A stretch of DNA of 64,000 bases from Takakia lepidozioides (lineage: Eukaryota; Plantae; Bryophyta), in NCBI GenBank assembly GCA_030704615.1, contig CM060734.1:38378001-38442000 (forward strand), given 5' to 3'. Positions 47,401 to 60,421 of this stretch are shown piece after piece. The translations under genes and the position numbers were made by a program. Each line of letters opens with the position of its first letter. The stretch's first letter is position 1. The notes under the pieces were generated by a model. It was not told the origin of the DNA and ran no database searches. It was given only the letters and a program-made list of their open reading frames with translations.

Positions 47401-50400
47401 ATGGCTTCCTCTGAAGCAGAGTTCTTCTCTGACGACAAACCAGTGCCGTTCTCCCAGGAAGTCCTTGACAATGGATTTGCAATTGTTCTGGAACATGTCT
47501 TGGCTACCCGTTTTCAACTTCAGAATGGCTCCATCTTTTTGGAGAAAGAGGTGTACGATTTGAAAGGGAAGTTGTTGAAATACTCTTTCCAAAACTGTGA
47601 TAAGACGGCTCATATCAGCCAGTGGAGAGTGCGCCCTGGTCGATACAGAGTACTTGGAGAGCCTCGGCGAAAGTCCCTTGGGTCATATGTGACGCCCGAG
47701 ACTGCTGCTTCGGTCGTTGAAGACAAGAGGGAGGTGGTGGTGAAAAAAGAATAGACGTCCTCCACTCCAATCGTTGAGCTTTCGGATTTGTCCGATGATG
47801 ACACAAGTGAAATTCCAAATCCAGTCCTTCCTACTGTGGTTGGAGAAGCTGATGAAGAAGAGATTTGTAGTGTCATTCCAAAATTACGGGCGATGGGAGG
47901 AATGGCTGGATTCAAAAGTGCGAGGAATTGATTGGGAATCTTTGAAGCAGGTGCCTGTGAAGTTCTTGCCAGAGACTTTTGATGGCGATATCCTATTCGA
48001 GTTGCCTCCTCCTCCGCGAGTTGGAGGTGTAACAATCATGATGCATGGAATGGACAAGAAACACGACGGGCACCCGTGGTGCAGAACAAAAACATCCAAT
48101 ATTCAGAATGATGACAAGTTTGTTTTCAGGAGAACAGTTTGCAATGGACACCTTAGGTGTGATAATTTGAATTGCAGACACTTTCTTCAGTCTGGGGTTC
48201 ATAATCAAAGCGAATGGGAGGGTCTGGCGGAAAATCCATTTCAGCTTGGGACTGCCCCACCACCGGCAAACACTTTCGTCTGCAAATTCTGCAAACTTGT
48301 GTCATCCTGTTTGGCGCTCTGCGGAGCAAGAATGTACTATGTTCCACCGTTTGAAAACAATGACAAGAGCTTGTGTGCATTTCGGATTCCATAACCATCC
48401 TGTCTCGAAGAGGGATTACAGGGAGAGTGTTGAGACAGTATCGAGGTTGATTAAATAGGAGTTCGGGAGAAACCCATCCGCAACAACATCTGCAATTGCT
48501 CTTGGCGCAAGCAAGTCCTTCTTGGAAAGCCATATTTTGAGTGAAGGGGATTCTGTGGGGACTAAACTTGACGGTGCAGCATTGGACCTGGTCATGGATC
48601 ATTTCTCCACTTTGAGTTCACCTAATATTCGGCATCAGATCAATGCATTAAGAATGGGCTCTGGTATCAGAGGCTACATAGACAACATTTTGGAGTTGAA
48701 ACGAGTGAGCAAGTACGATTACATCCAGGACAATGTATTCCCAGGTCAAGGTGCCATCAAAGTTTTTCTTTTCAAAATGTCGACTGTTGGGGAGGGCAGT
48801 GGGGTTAGCCTCGTGAAGCGGATGCAGAAGACTGGGGACTTGCAGAACTGTTTTCTTATGTTTGATCATGTGAAACGAGTGAAGGATTGGACGACAATGG
48901 CTTGTCATGACTACGATCCAATGTACCAACGAGTTATGACAATTGCAGTTTGTGACATGCAATCCGAGGATACAGAATCCCAGAAGCTCATGTGGAATTC
49001 CTTGATACGTGTCATGGGCTGCCATGGGCTGCCATCTCCAAATTTTGCAGGTTTCATGGTGGATAGTGCTCAAGCAAATTTCAATGCTGTTCGTATTGTC
49101 TTCGGATCGGGTGACCCAAAAGTGCCAATGCGAGGAAGAGAGCGTACATGTCTATTCCATTGGACACAATCTCTGGAAAAACATACAAAGTCGGACATCA
49201 AACCAGAGATGCAGACTCAGCACCGTAAATTGTGCAAAGAGTACAAAGATGCTAGAACAATGAATGAGGCAGACACTTTGTTCCAGACAATTCGTGCCTG
49301 GTGGTTCTCTTCTGGAGCTGCATCACTTGAGAGTATGAGAGCATTAGAAGATTGGCTGGCGTTTTGGCACTTCCGGTATAGACAGTGGGGAGCAGCCATG
49401 CCAGTGGTACGAGGCTTATATTTATTGCTTTATTCATACATTTACTTTCTATTTTATTGTGTCCTCGCTTTCTTTATGTTGTTTTCTGTTCACTGTTTTG
49501 AAGTATGGTTCTGCACTTTGCAGAACATGTCCATTGAGGAAATGGCGAACATGCCATCTTGCAATTTGGCAGAAACTGTGCACAACGCATGGTTGCAGCA
49601 GTCTGGGAAACGAGGTCGGGATTTGTATGTGGCAACGACAGATGATTTGATACGTGCCTTGCAACAACAAACCCGATACCGTGATTTCTTATGAGGTGGG
49701 GTTGGTGGCAAGGGTCCGGACAAATGGGAGTTGATGTTGCGTGCTACAAACAGATCTGGGGATCCAATCAAGATAGCACGGGCGGTGAGCATGTATGCCC
49801 AGGGAACGCCACTTGTTTCTAGAGTTCCACATCTTGAAGGGGAGGAGAGATTCGGCTCCTGTAAGAGGAAATTGAACACTCCACCTGGTTCGGATTCCGA
49901 TTCGCACAGGGCAGACCGTGATAACTTCTCAAAGCCTCGTGTTTCCCTGCATGACAGCTCCATGTCCGGAACCTCCATTGTGGAGGAACCTCCAACACGA
50001 CGGCAAGCTGCAACATCAAACAGTGCCACTGAAATGGTGCAGGAGAGAAACAACCCCCTTGATGTGCTTGAGTCCGCATGCCCCGACCACGTTTGGCACA
50101 TAGAACGCACAAGTGTAGGGTCTCGTGTGAAATGTACAGCGATCAGGGCAACTAATTTCGAGAAGTGCACTTCATCTATATCCAGAGGTGGTGCCCGAAC
50201 TCCTGCTCCAACTTTCACGGGTTTGATGCATCCATACGGTCAACCAGAAGCCAAGAAAACCACAAGTTCTGGTTCTGCGCAGATGATTGTGCCAGATGTG
50301 TGCATGGAACTGTGCGCCCTTCCGTAGTGATGAAGCCATCTCCTCCAACCGTTTGGCTCGTGAAGGTGGGAACACATCTCAGCTTTCAGGAGATTGAAAT

Positions 50401-50911
50401 GCTGGAGGAGGCAGGTTTTTCCCTTGCGAGACAACCCCAACTCCATGCATGTGCTACTACTTCTGCGTCCTCCCGGGTCCCCCCGGCAAATCTTGACTTG
50501 TGGCCAACCAAACGAGATGGAAAGCTCGTTCGGCGTTTCCCTCCAACCGCTGAACACTTTGGCAAAGTGGAGTCCGCAAGAATGCTCCAAGCTCGTGTTG
50601 GAAGCACCACGGAAGTACCCGATCCAGGATATGGTCGGGTATTCACAATCATCACTTCCACATCTGCTGTTCATGACAGGACCTACGACATCACGGTTTC
50701 CAATTTCCCCAATTGCACATGTCCTGATTTTGTGAATATGCTATAAACCAGTTTGGGCAAGAGAGGTAAATTCATACCCTGCAAACATTTGTATTTCATA
50801 TTTTTGAAGAGGATGGTTTGCGATCCCAAACGTGACAACTTCATTCACCAGGCCACTATGAGTTTCAATGAGGTCGATACTCTATTGCAGCGCGATACAA
50901 CACATGGGTAG
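47401..50911 (+). pseudogene. MULE transposase (GCM/WRKY-like + DDE + SWIM), one intron (~49406-49523)
   Basis: DGHPWCRTK, LMFDHVKR, FMVDSAQANF, CLFHW, NLAETVH, CTCPDF..PCKH. Colinear with 7183-10749. Confidence 0.9.
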
Positions 50912-52297
50912 CATCAACTATGCAATGTGGTATGTGGACGACCATGATTTGAAATGTGTAATTCACATCAATTCGTCGGCGGTGCAATGATATGGCCTCC
51001 AACTATACGGAGTGAGCTCTGAGTGGCAACTTTTAAAAGCACATTTGTCATTGCACCGTTCGAAGTCTACATATCTTGCTGTCGCTATGCACTACAATCA
51101 TCTTTTGAAGATGATCCTAACTCTCATTGTTATTTGAGGAGGGAGGAAGGTCTTCCCGTGGCAGCCTTTATGGTGCACACTTTGTGAGGATATTTTCTCG
51201 TCCTTGTAATTGTAAAAGTGAAACAAACATTTGAAATTGCACAATGTTGGATGCTACAATTGTAGGCCTCATGGTAGTCTTGATTCTATTTAGGCAAGAT
51301 TCCCTGCATTAATTCCACGGTCATAGGACCATCCTCGGTTATAGGCGGCGCATGTTAATGTTGACGTGGCAGATGACGGACAGTGCCACTTCATCATTTG
51401 CCGCCACATCAGCATGCTGACATGACGCTCACGCCACGTCAGCGTGGATGCAGGCTCACACCACGTCAGCTGGCGTGAGCATACGCTTGCGCGCTCACGC
51501 CATTGCGTCGTTGCTATGGCAGTCACTAGTCCACACAATGATAAAGAAGAAGAATACAAGCACAAGCTCATGCGAGCTCACAAAGCTGAAGCATAAACTC
51601 ATGCATATATAAACTCATCACTAAAGTCAAGCCAAGTGCACCCCACGCCATGGGGAATCCACACTACGGCGCCATAGCTAGGCACGGTGAGGCTCAACTC
51701 GAGAAAGATGAGCCTCCCACGCTTGCCGTGAAGATAACCACTCCAGGGCCTAAATCTGCCTTGACCCCTGGATTGACACTTGGGCCAATCTCAAATGTCA
51801 ATATGTAAAAGCTAGCTATTTCCTAGCTAGTTTCATACTAGTGGTAAAATAACTTGACAGCTGTCGTGCGCATACATATCGCTACACAACTACATCGCTG
51901 TCCAAAACCACACAACACATGTGCACGCCGCACACTAGTATATCACTAGTCCACCACTAGTCCAACCACTAGGCTACAACTAGTCAGTCACTAGGCTGCC
52001 ACTATGCTGCCCACTATGGCAGTCACTAGTCCACACAATCGCCCCCCTAGCTGGTGCTTAGGTCCCTCTAAGTCTAGGTAGCCACAAGATGTGATAGTGA
52101 CCATAGCCTCACTAAGTCCTCCACCACTATCCCTATTACACTCAAACTCGATAGATCAAGAGGCCGGGTGCAAGAGTTGCCCCATCGTTAGTCGTCGTCT
52201 TGCAACCTGTGAACTTGAGCTTGGGATCTCATGTATTGACTCCTATGAGCTTGGCCTCCCATGTCTTGTTAGCTGCCTTCAGTCATGTCCACTGCCA

Positions 52298-53900
52298 CTA
52301 TCCCAAGCAGTGTGGACACAACCAATCTCCGTCAGAAACCTTCTCAAGAGGTGGTGTCAAGCATCCCATATGCCAACCCCTTGAGCATCGATCACACACC
52401 AGCATGGTGGCTGCCCCTTTGGCAGACCCACAGAGCATGCACCTCAAACCTGCAAGTACCACTGCCAAGTTTGGGTCAACTCTGCCATCGACATTGGGAA
52501 GGTGACATGGCGCACAATTACGCACATGGTCCTTCCAAGTCATGCCATCCCGACCCTCCAAGATCAGGACCCTTGAGGGCAACACCTCTCCAACCCTCAG
52601 AATAACACGCCCTGCAGTAACATCCAGAGTCGTAGGAGCAGTCTGCTGCAAATAAACATAGTCATCAGGGCTAAACCTCCGAACCCCAGGACGATATCCT
52701 CCACCACGTATAGTGGCATACCTCAACGTATCACAGTGTTGTGCAATGGCAAGGTTCTCAAAAGCCATGGGCATGACTTTCTTGAACAACTCTGCACGCT
52801 GATCACATGCACGTACCCACACGTCTTGATCGTCAAGGTTAAGGACTTGAACAGTGTCCCTACGAATGGCTGTAGGCAAATCCGGCTCTTGGCCACAGAG
52901 AAGGAAATATGGTGAGAAGGAGGCAAGTGATGCTTGTTTGCTGAACCTGTAGCCCATGGCTAACCAATGAACCTGAAGATCCCAATCTCCTAGGTGTCCC
53001 TTCTGCAAGCCATACTTGCGCAAATCCCTCTTCACCGTCTGAACAACTCTCTCTGCCAAGCCATCGGCCTCATGATGATCCCGAGAAGTGGTGCGGTGGT
53101 CTATCAAGGCTTTATCACACAAAGCCTGAAACTCCCCCAAGAACTCTCTCCCTTGGTCCGTGAGTATCTCAGTTGGAGCACCAAATCGGCTAAGCACACG
53201 ATCCAAGAATGCATACGCAGCCCCCTCACTAGCCTTGTCAGACAATGGAACCAACTCAATCCACTTGGAGAAGTGCTCCACCATAACCAACACATATCTG
53301 TGGTGACGCATCGTCAGTGGAAAAGGCCCTGCGAAGTCAAGACTCCACCTGTAGCCCAATCCCATGATGGGTAAAGGATGCAACTGTGGTGTAGGGGCGT
53401 TGAATGAAGCATGCATCCTGTCACACACCATGCACCTAGCCACGAACTGTTGCACCTCTGTGTGCATACCACGCCACCAATACTGCCCCTGCAGTAAACA
53501 CCAAAATGCCCCAACTCCTCATGGGCATGCCGCACTAACCGTGCACTGTGTGTTGGGTGAGGCACGATCCTCACCCGACTATCCTCCTACACTCGAAGCA
53601 GGTGTATCCCCTCCCACTTGAATGCTCGTTGTAGGATCCGATCCCTCTCCTTGGCAGTCACACTAGCTGCCGTGTCTCCAGTGTGGAGGTAGTCCAACAC
53701 AATTGAATCCTCATGTATATCTCTGGCACCACCTGACTCATCACTAGCCTCAAGGTCCTCAGATACTCCGTCTACAGTCATCCCTGTTGTAGGTCCAACC
53801 TGACCTCCCGATGCCAAGATACACAAAAAGACAGATGCATGCCATCCCGGCACCATCTCCTCGTCCGTTTCACCATGCCACCGAGCTCCAGAGTCATCCT
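52298..53900 (-). pseudogene. Family B integrase (HHCC, DDE) + PHD finger
   Basis: HAHEELGHFG, C..C, SLDFAGP, TDQGREF, DGLAER, CMLCG..CDRCSRGWHMGCL..WLCPHC. Confidence 0.92.
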
Positions 53901-53915
53901 GTTGGCTCGTGCATG

Positions 53916-56900
53916 GACCTTTCCGTAGGTGGAGGCAAGAGTCAATCCGTGTTTGGGCTGGGGTGTCCTTGCAGGAGCAACACCGTGGAGTTGTTTTTGG
54001 TGTGGGGGAGTTGTCGTTCTGATTTCTTATGTTTGGATCCCCTCCATACCTGGGATGCTTAACTGTGCGCCATGCTAGTTTTGTGTGGGCGCTTGTTTTT
54101 ATAGGTGATTGGTCCGGATTTGATCACCGGCCAGTCCTAGAGCATGCTGTCGATGGTGAGGCTGGGGTGATGACCAGCCAGACCATCATTGTTTCTCCTG
54201 TGGTGAGGTTGGAGGTGATGACCAGCCAACCATAGGAGTGCTTGCGGTGGATGCAGGTACATGTGTAGGCTATGTTAGGAACCTAGTATTCCACACCATA
54301 AGCTGCAACAAGTTCTCTACCCGGTTACCTTGTAGAGAGGGGGTTAGGGACATGTTCATGACCGGTTGAATGACAGTTTGTCAACACGGAGGTGCCACTA
54401 GTTGCTGGGGACAGTGCCGGTTCGAGTACTAGCAATACTAGTGGGTACACGAGACGAGGTGTGCGGTTTAGGCCACCTTCACCTCCTGTGTCTTCTACGT
54501 AAGATTCTGATTCGGATTGGAAATCAGGAGGACTCATACCGGCGGTGCAAGTTGTTTCCTGGCCATTGTTGTGGGACACAATGGAGGAGATGTATGGAGC
54601 TACGAAGGGGCCACGAAGGTACTCTGGGGCGGTGGGCACCATCGAGTTGGATGATTTTATCCAAGAGTTTGATAGTTGGTGTGATTTGCAGCAAATGCGC
54701 AATCCACAACTATTTACGCCTTTCATGGCATGGAAGGGGCTGTTTCAACACCTTGAGGGGCCCCGCCTATGGATGATTACCATGAGTCAGGCCGGGCATG
54801 AGGTTGAGATCGAGGAGTGGATGATGTACAAGTCACCCGACTATGTCTCCATCACTAGGGGCACTAGAGCCACGAGGGTAGTGGCTACATCTGCCGCTGC
54901 ACCGGCAGCTTCAGCAAGCAGCAGTGGGACTAGTGGACTGGTGTACAGTAGCTACGACGTCCACCCAAGCCACTACCAGCCCAAGCACTAGTACCGTGCC
55001 TTGCCTTCAACCTGTTGTGGAGTTCTTTGAAGAGTTGAGAGGGAACTACCAAGGGTGAGGACAGAGAAGTTGCGGAGCTTGCAAGAGTTCCAACGGAAGC
55101 CGACCGAGAGCTTGAGGGAGGCTTCACTTGCATGAGGCGCTGATAAATGTAACCCAAGGGGTTACGGAAGGCTCAGCAGTCCAATTCTAGTATGGGATAT
55201 TGACAAGGAGCTGAGGAGCGAGGAGGAGAAGGGTGCGGGATGCAACTCTCTAAAAGCGCCCAACCCACCTTAGCAAATGTGTTTTTGCTGGCAGAGCGGA
55301 TAGAGCTCAACATGGTGGAGGAGGAACGAGGGTCATGGTGGGGTTTGCTAAGGAGACACCATGTGGGTAGTGGTGCTCCTAGCCAACCACTACCTCAATG
55401 TGCTCAAGGCAACAAGAGGGCTCAGGTGAAGCTCAGGGGAAGGGCAGAGAGGGACCTCAGATGAGGGGTCTCTCCTTCAATTGCTGGCCAACAACGGGCG
55501 GATGTGGGTGTGCTAGACATGTGGAGGACCCCATGTCAGAAGGATTGCCCAGAGGGAGGCAAAGGGCGGCACATGCACAGCCTGCACAATTGCAGTGGGG
55601 GTGCATTGGCAAGCACGGGCATGGAGAGGCCAGTGTTTATGGTTTGCATCCTGAGTTGCGCCCAGGCCAGTTCCAAGGGAACAATGGTGGCGGGGGCAAG
55701 GTGGAGCAGGCCAGAGAGGACGAGGTGGCCAGGCACAAGGTGCAGGCCAAGGGCAAGCTCAACATGGCCAAGGACGCGGAGGTCAGGGTGTTGACCAAGG
55801 CATGGCCAACCGGCTTCAGCAGCTAGAGCAGAGGCTCGCTGCCATGGCTACAGCTCAGGTGATACCGGCTCCAAGGCCAGATAATCCACCTCCTGCTCCT
55901 GAGGGAGGAGATATGGGAGCATGGGATTAATGTGCGGAGCAGCACTACCACTAGTGCAGGTGGAGTCGGCCTGCAGCCGTGACTCAGGAGCAGCACGAGT
56001 TCCTAAGCCACGAGGTGCAGAGGTGGAGTTGGATCCACAGCGTGGGTAGGCAAGCCATCAGGCTAGGCTTTCTCAGTATTCACATTGGTGGAGACAGTGT
56101 CGACGCCATCCATGGCACCTAGTCTGCCCGACTGTTACCGAGGCGGAGGGTACTACTATGGGCGGGGAAGCTACACGGGTAGCACCACTACCTAGTGTAA
56201 CCAAGGCTATGGCAGCTAGTGTGCTGAGGAGCGGCCACATGGTGTGCCAGGCTCCATTGTTCTCGGCTACCATGATTGCGACGCCGGGATAAGACCAGCT
56301 GAGGTGTTGAGGCTGGCAGGCAGCTACACTCTGTGAGAGTGGGGAGGTTACTTCATCTTCTGCGGAGTAGTGGAGGTGTAGTGCCGGAGAGATCCTCGGA
56401 TGAGGGTCAAGACTGCCACGGCGGCGCCATGACAAGCTGCAGCTGCTAGGTTGATGGTTAGTTATCAGCTAGGCCAGCATTGAGCGCGCATGGTGATACT
56501 GGAGTTGTCATGTTAGACAACCAGGATGGCATTTTCTGTTTGAGTGGATCGGCAGGCAAGAGGTACCGGCCACTGCGGGGGTGTATGTTGGACTCAGGAG
56601 CTCAGCCATTGATGCTGGGCAGAGCTACTATTGAAGCTTGGGCCTCACGGAGGTGGATATGGAGTCTTGTCCTTTCAGACAGACGTCTCTAGGAGGATCG
56701 GAGCAGGCTCGGGGATGACACGGCGTGAGTTGGCTATCAGACTACGGCCGGATCACCCTACAGATGGCTCAGTGATGGCGAGCAAGGCCATTGTGACAGA
56801 CGCGGTCTCGTACGATGTCCTGGTTGGTGGGGCAATGTTGTACCCCATGGGCTTCACCCTGGATTTTTGGGAGGAGTCAGCTTCCTATAGGCTTGGATGG

Positions 56901-57240
56901 CAGTCAGGGGAGGGCCGGCGTGTACAGCTCCATGTGACGTTTATAGGAGGAGTTGCGGTTGCCCAGCGAGCCAAGATGCCGACACTAGCAGCATTCACAA
57001 CTGTAGTGTTTTGGCCTGGAGAGTTGCTTGAGGGAAACGCTCATTCAGAGGATGACATACCTCCAGGAGAGCAGGATGACATGTATGATATGGCGGAGTT
57101 GCCTGCCATGGTTGCTCAGACTCCATTGTGGGGCACAAGCAAGGATTTGCAGCGGGTTGCTGATCGACGGGTGCAACAAGCCTGGGTGGAGGCTTTTGTA
57201 CCATCAGGAGAGGAGGAGAGTGCGAGGAGGCCTGCTATTT
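53916..57240 (+). mobile_element. Family A-like copy (UTR, gag, protease), truncated on both sides
   Basis: Colinear with the reverse complement of 32960-36110; CMLDSGAQPLMLG. Cut just before the MTase domain. Confidence 0.85.
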
Positions 57241-57412
57241 CCTGTAGCATGTGTCATTTTCATCTTGTCCTTCGTGTGTCTTTTATGATGTGACACGGCT
57301 GAAAGACCTACTCAGCAGGTCACTTTATGACCTGCTCCATCCTTAGCGACACTGACATTACCCTGTAGCGCAGTGGAGCGCAACCTCTACGGGCAGTAGC
57401 AGGTCGCTATGA

Positions 57413-57952
57413 ATGCCTACCCTACAGTACAAACTTCCACACAGCGCCTTGTGGAACGTCCCTTCGGACCGTGAAGAAATAGCAATCTTCGTAGGTATTG
57501 CAAAATTCCCCTACCTTGGCAAAATCGGGAGGAATTATAGATTTCGCCAAAGAACTAAAAGACGCAAAATTCACAATATTGATAGAAGACAGCCATTTCT
57601 TGTTCGACTACACAAATACAATACAAAATGGTTTGATAATTGAAGGAGGAGAAGCGAGGACATGACGTGGATGGGTGGAAACATAAGCTTCACGAAAAAA
57701 CTCCTAAAAACTAACGCAAACAACTCTGGCTCGACGTCCGGTAACAACAAACGTCAAAAAACAAACAACGACGAGATGTACAATACAATAGAAGTCCTTA
57801 ACGAAAATGGCCAAAAAATGGATGGAGAATCCGTACGTTCAAGGGATCTCGTTGCAGTCAAGTGTAACATCCGATATTGGATGAATTTCCGTCACAAGAA
57901 ACACGGGCTTTCATTCCAACTAAAAGGGGTCAAACTGTTAGCCAAAGCATGA
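57413..57952 (+). pseudogene. Possible OB-fold ssDNA-binding protein relic in an unassigned insertion
   Basis: C-terminal pattern ENGQKMDGESVRSRDLVAVKCNIRYW...HGLSFQLKGVKLL resembles gp2.5-type SSBs, by eye only. Confidence 0.35.
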
Positions 57953-58859
57953 GAGGAGACAGAGTCGAGTGACGACAACTAGAGCAAAAGCATAGCTTGG
58001 TAGAGCTTAAATTAGACACATCTAAACGTTCCATGTAAGGGCCACCATATTTTATAAAGACCATCCTCCTTCTCCTCTTCAAAAAGTCTATATTTTGTCC
58101 CAATGCATGCTCACAACGGATAATAAAAAAATACTGATTTATCATAGTCCAAATCTAGTTGTTGTACCAAGACGACCCATGGAAAACCCCTCCAACTTCT
58201 CTTTCCCCCCCCCCCCCCCTCCCCCACCAATCGGAACTGCGTGACCGACATTTTGGCAGGCTGCATGATCCGTACTCTCTCTCATGATCCTCGAGTATGG
58301 CCCGTCCGTCCGGACGTCCTTCTCAGAAGTCGTCGCTAGTAGTGCGGAGCAACGCGAAGCCCTAGTTCTAGCGACGACCGAAGGTCGGAAGCTAGTTTAG
58401 CGTAGAGCAGGAATAGGGTGCCAAAGTGCCACGTCATCATCGCCACATCATCGTTGCCATGTTTCATTGTCAAATTTCGTCAATCTGCCTGGACTGCCTG
58501 CCCAAAATACGCCAATAGAAATTGCCGCACCAATGTTTTCGGAACTGCTCGAAATGCCCGAACTTGTCACTCACGCGCGCACGCTGCTACTTCTTTCTCG
58601 CTCGCTGTCTTCGTTTGTGTTTGGGTGTCTCTGTGCGCGTATGCCTTTGTGCGCTAGGTGTGGTGGCTGGAATCATGGCTAGTGTGGAGGGATAGCACCA
58701 ACAATACAGAAGAAATTCAAAACGAGGATGAGAAGAAGCCTTTGGAGGGGGGGAGGTCACATTAATCTGAAAGTGAAGGGTCAGGTAATGAAAGCCCGTG
58801 GCATTTTTGTAGGGTTTGTTTCCATGTTGGGCTTGAAGTCGTTAGGATCGTAGAGAATG

Positions 58860-59493
58860 GTACTTCTGGGTATGTGAAGATGCTTTTGTGCGGCAGGCAG
58901 TCTGACAGAGCCTCTACAGACTTTAAACCAAGGAGGCATTTCAGCAGATTCAGATACATATGTCTGTCTCTTGCTTAAGTGCATCAAGATGGAAGGTCTG
59001 GAAGCTGGAAAGCAAATGCACACTCACATTATCCAAAGTGGATTCGCGCCAAAAGTTTTTCTATTCGACACCCTTGTCAACATGTATGTTGAGTGCAGGA
59101 GCATCATGGATGCTCACCAAGTGTTCAACAGAATGCTTCAACGATCTTTGATCACGTGGAATATAATGTTGGCAGGATTCACCAAGCATGGGTGTGGTAG
59201 GAATGCTTTGGAGACCTATGCGATGATTGCAGAATATGCACAGCAAGGGCGTGGGATGGAGGCGTTGGAGACCTATGAGCAATTGATGTGCAAAGGGGTG
59301 AAGCCCAACCGCACAACGTTTGTTTGCATTTGCAATGCGTGTGCAAGCCTGGCAGCTTTGGAAAGGTGCAATGAGGTCCATGCAGGTGACATCGTCAAAG
59401 CTGGATTTGTACCAGATGTCATTCTGAACACTGCCCTGCTGGACATGTATGTCAAATGTGAGTGCATCGAGGATGCAAAGGGAGTGTTTGACA
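58860..59493 (+). pseudogene. PLS PPR gene 5' part, cut by a family A insertion
   Basis: ORF 58971-59507 has PLS motifs and ends GVFD at GACA. Confidence 0.9.
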
Positions 59494-60421
59494 TGTCGTG
59501 CACCTAAGCATCGTGCCACAACATACATCGCTGTCAACCACACAATCTAAGCACACAATCCTAGAAAGCTATACCACAATCGAGATAATGGAAGTGAACT
59601 TAATGGAAACCCTCCACTCTTGAATCCACTCAATCACATAAACTAAGTCAAGCCAATGGCACCCTTGCTAAGGGAATCCACCCTACAAAGCTCTCACCAC
59701 ACTCCCTCTCAATACCTAGAGCTATGGAGGTGAGAGAGGCTCATGGAGGCTCAACTACAAGAAGATGAGCCTCCTCCATCCTCACAAGGGGAAAACCTAT
59801 CCCCATGTCTCAAGTGAGGCTCGACACCTCACTTGGCATGTGAGACCAAATGAAGTCCCAACACACAAAATATAAATATAAATATCTAAAATGTCCTAGT
59901 TAACTAGAAGTAGGTAATTCTAGATAACCATGACTAAAACCATGACAGTGCACATAAGCATCATGCCACAACATACATCGCTTTCCACCACACAATCTAA
60001 GCACACAATCCTAGAAAGCTATACCACAATCACCCCCTAGCTGGTGATTAGGTCCCTCTAACACTGGATAGCTGACAAGTATCCATCCCAATAAGATCAT
60101 CGCTTGGTCATCAATTGCCCAAGTCCCAGTATCTGAAGGCAATAGATCAAGAGGCCGGGTGCAAAAGTAGCCCCATCGTTACTCGCCTTCCTGCAATCCA
60201 TGGCTCCAATTGGGTGTCCATGGCATTGAACTCCCGTTAGCTAGACCTTGGATCACTTGTCAACCTCACCACTATCATGCCCCACTACCTCTATCCAAGG
60301 CATCGTGGACACAACCATTCTCCACTAAGAACCTCCTCAAGTGGCGGTGTCAAGCATCCCATGTGCCACCCCCTTGAGCATTTGTCACACGCCAACATGG
60401 TCGCGGCACCACCAGCATGCC

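Larger units (their letters stand above)
41033..51513 (+). mobile_element. Mutator-like DNA transposon MULE-2 (10.5 kb) carrying a ParB-methyltransferase gene
   Basis: 10-bp TSD CTATGGCAGT (41023-41032 and 51514-51523). The empty site is visible in the sister repeat at ~52014-52023. CGTGAGC end motifs. Confidence 0.93.
40882..53915 (-). mobile_element. Ty3/gypsy family B (relative of A), 3' part; terminal repeat interrupted by MULE-2
   Basis: X (40882-41032 plus 51524-51539), Y (51540-51859), GC, X (51862-52039), PPT reverse complement CCCCCCTAG, then INT-PHD. Confidence 0.85.
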
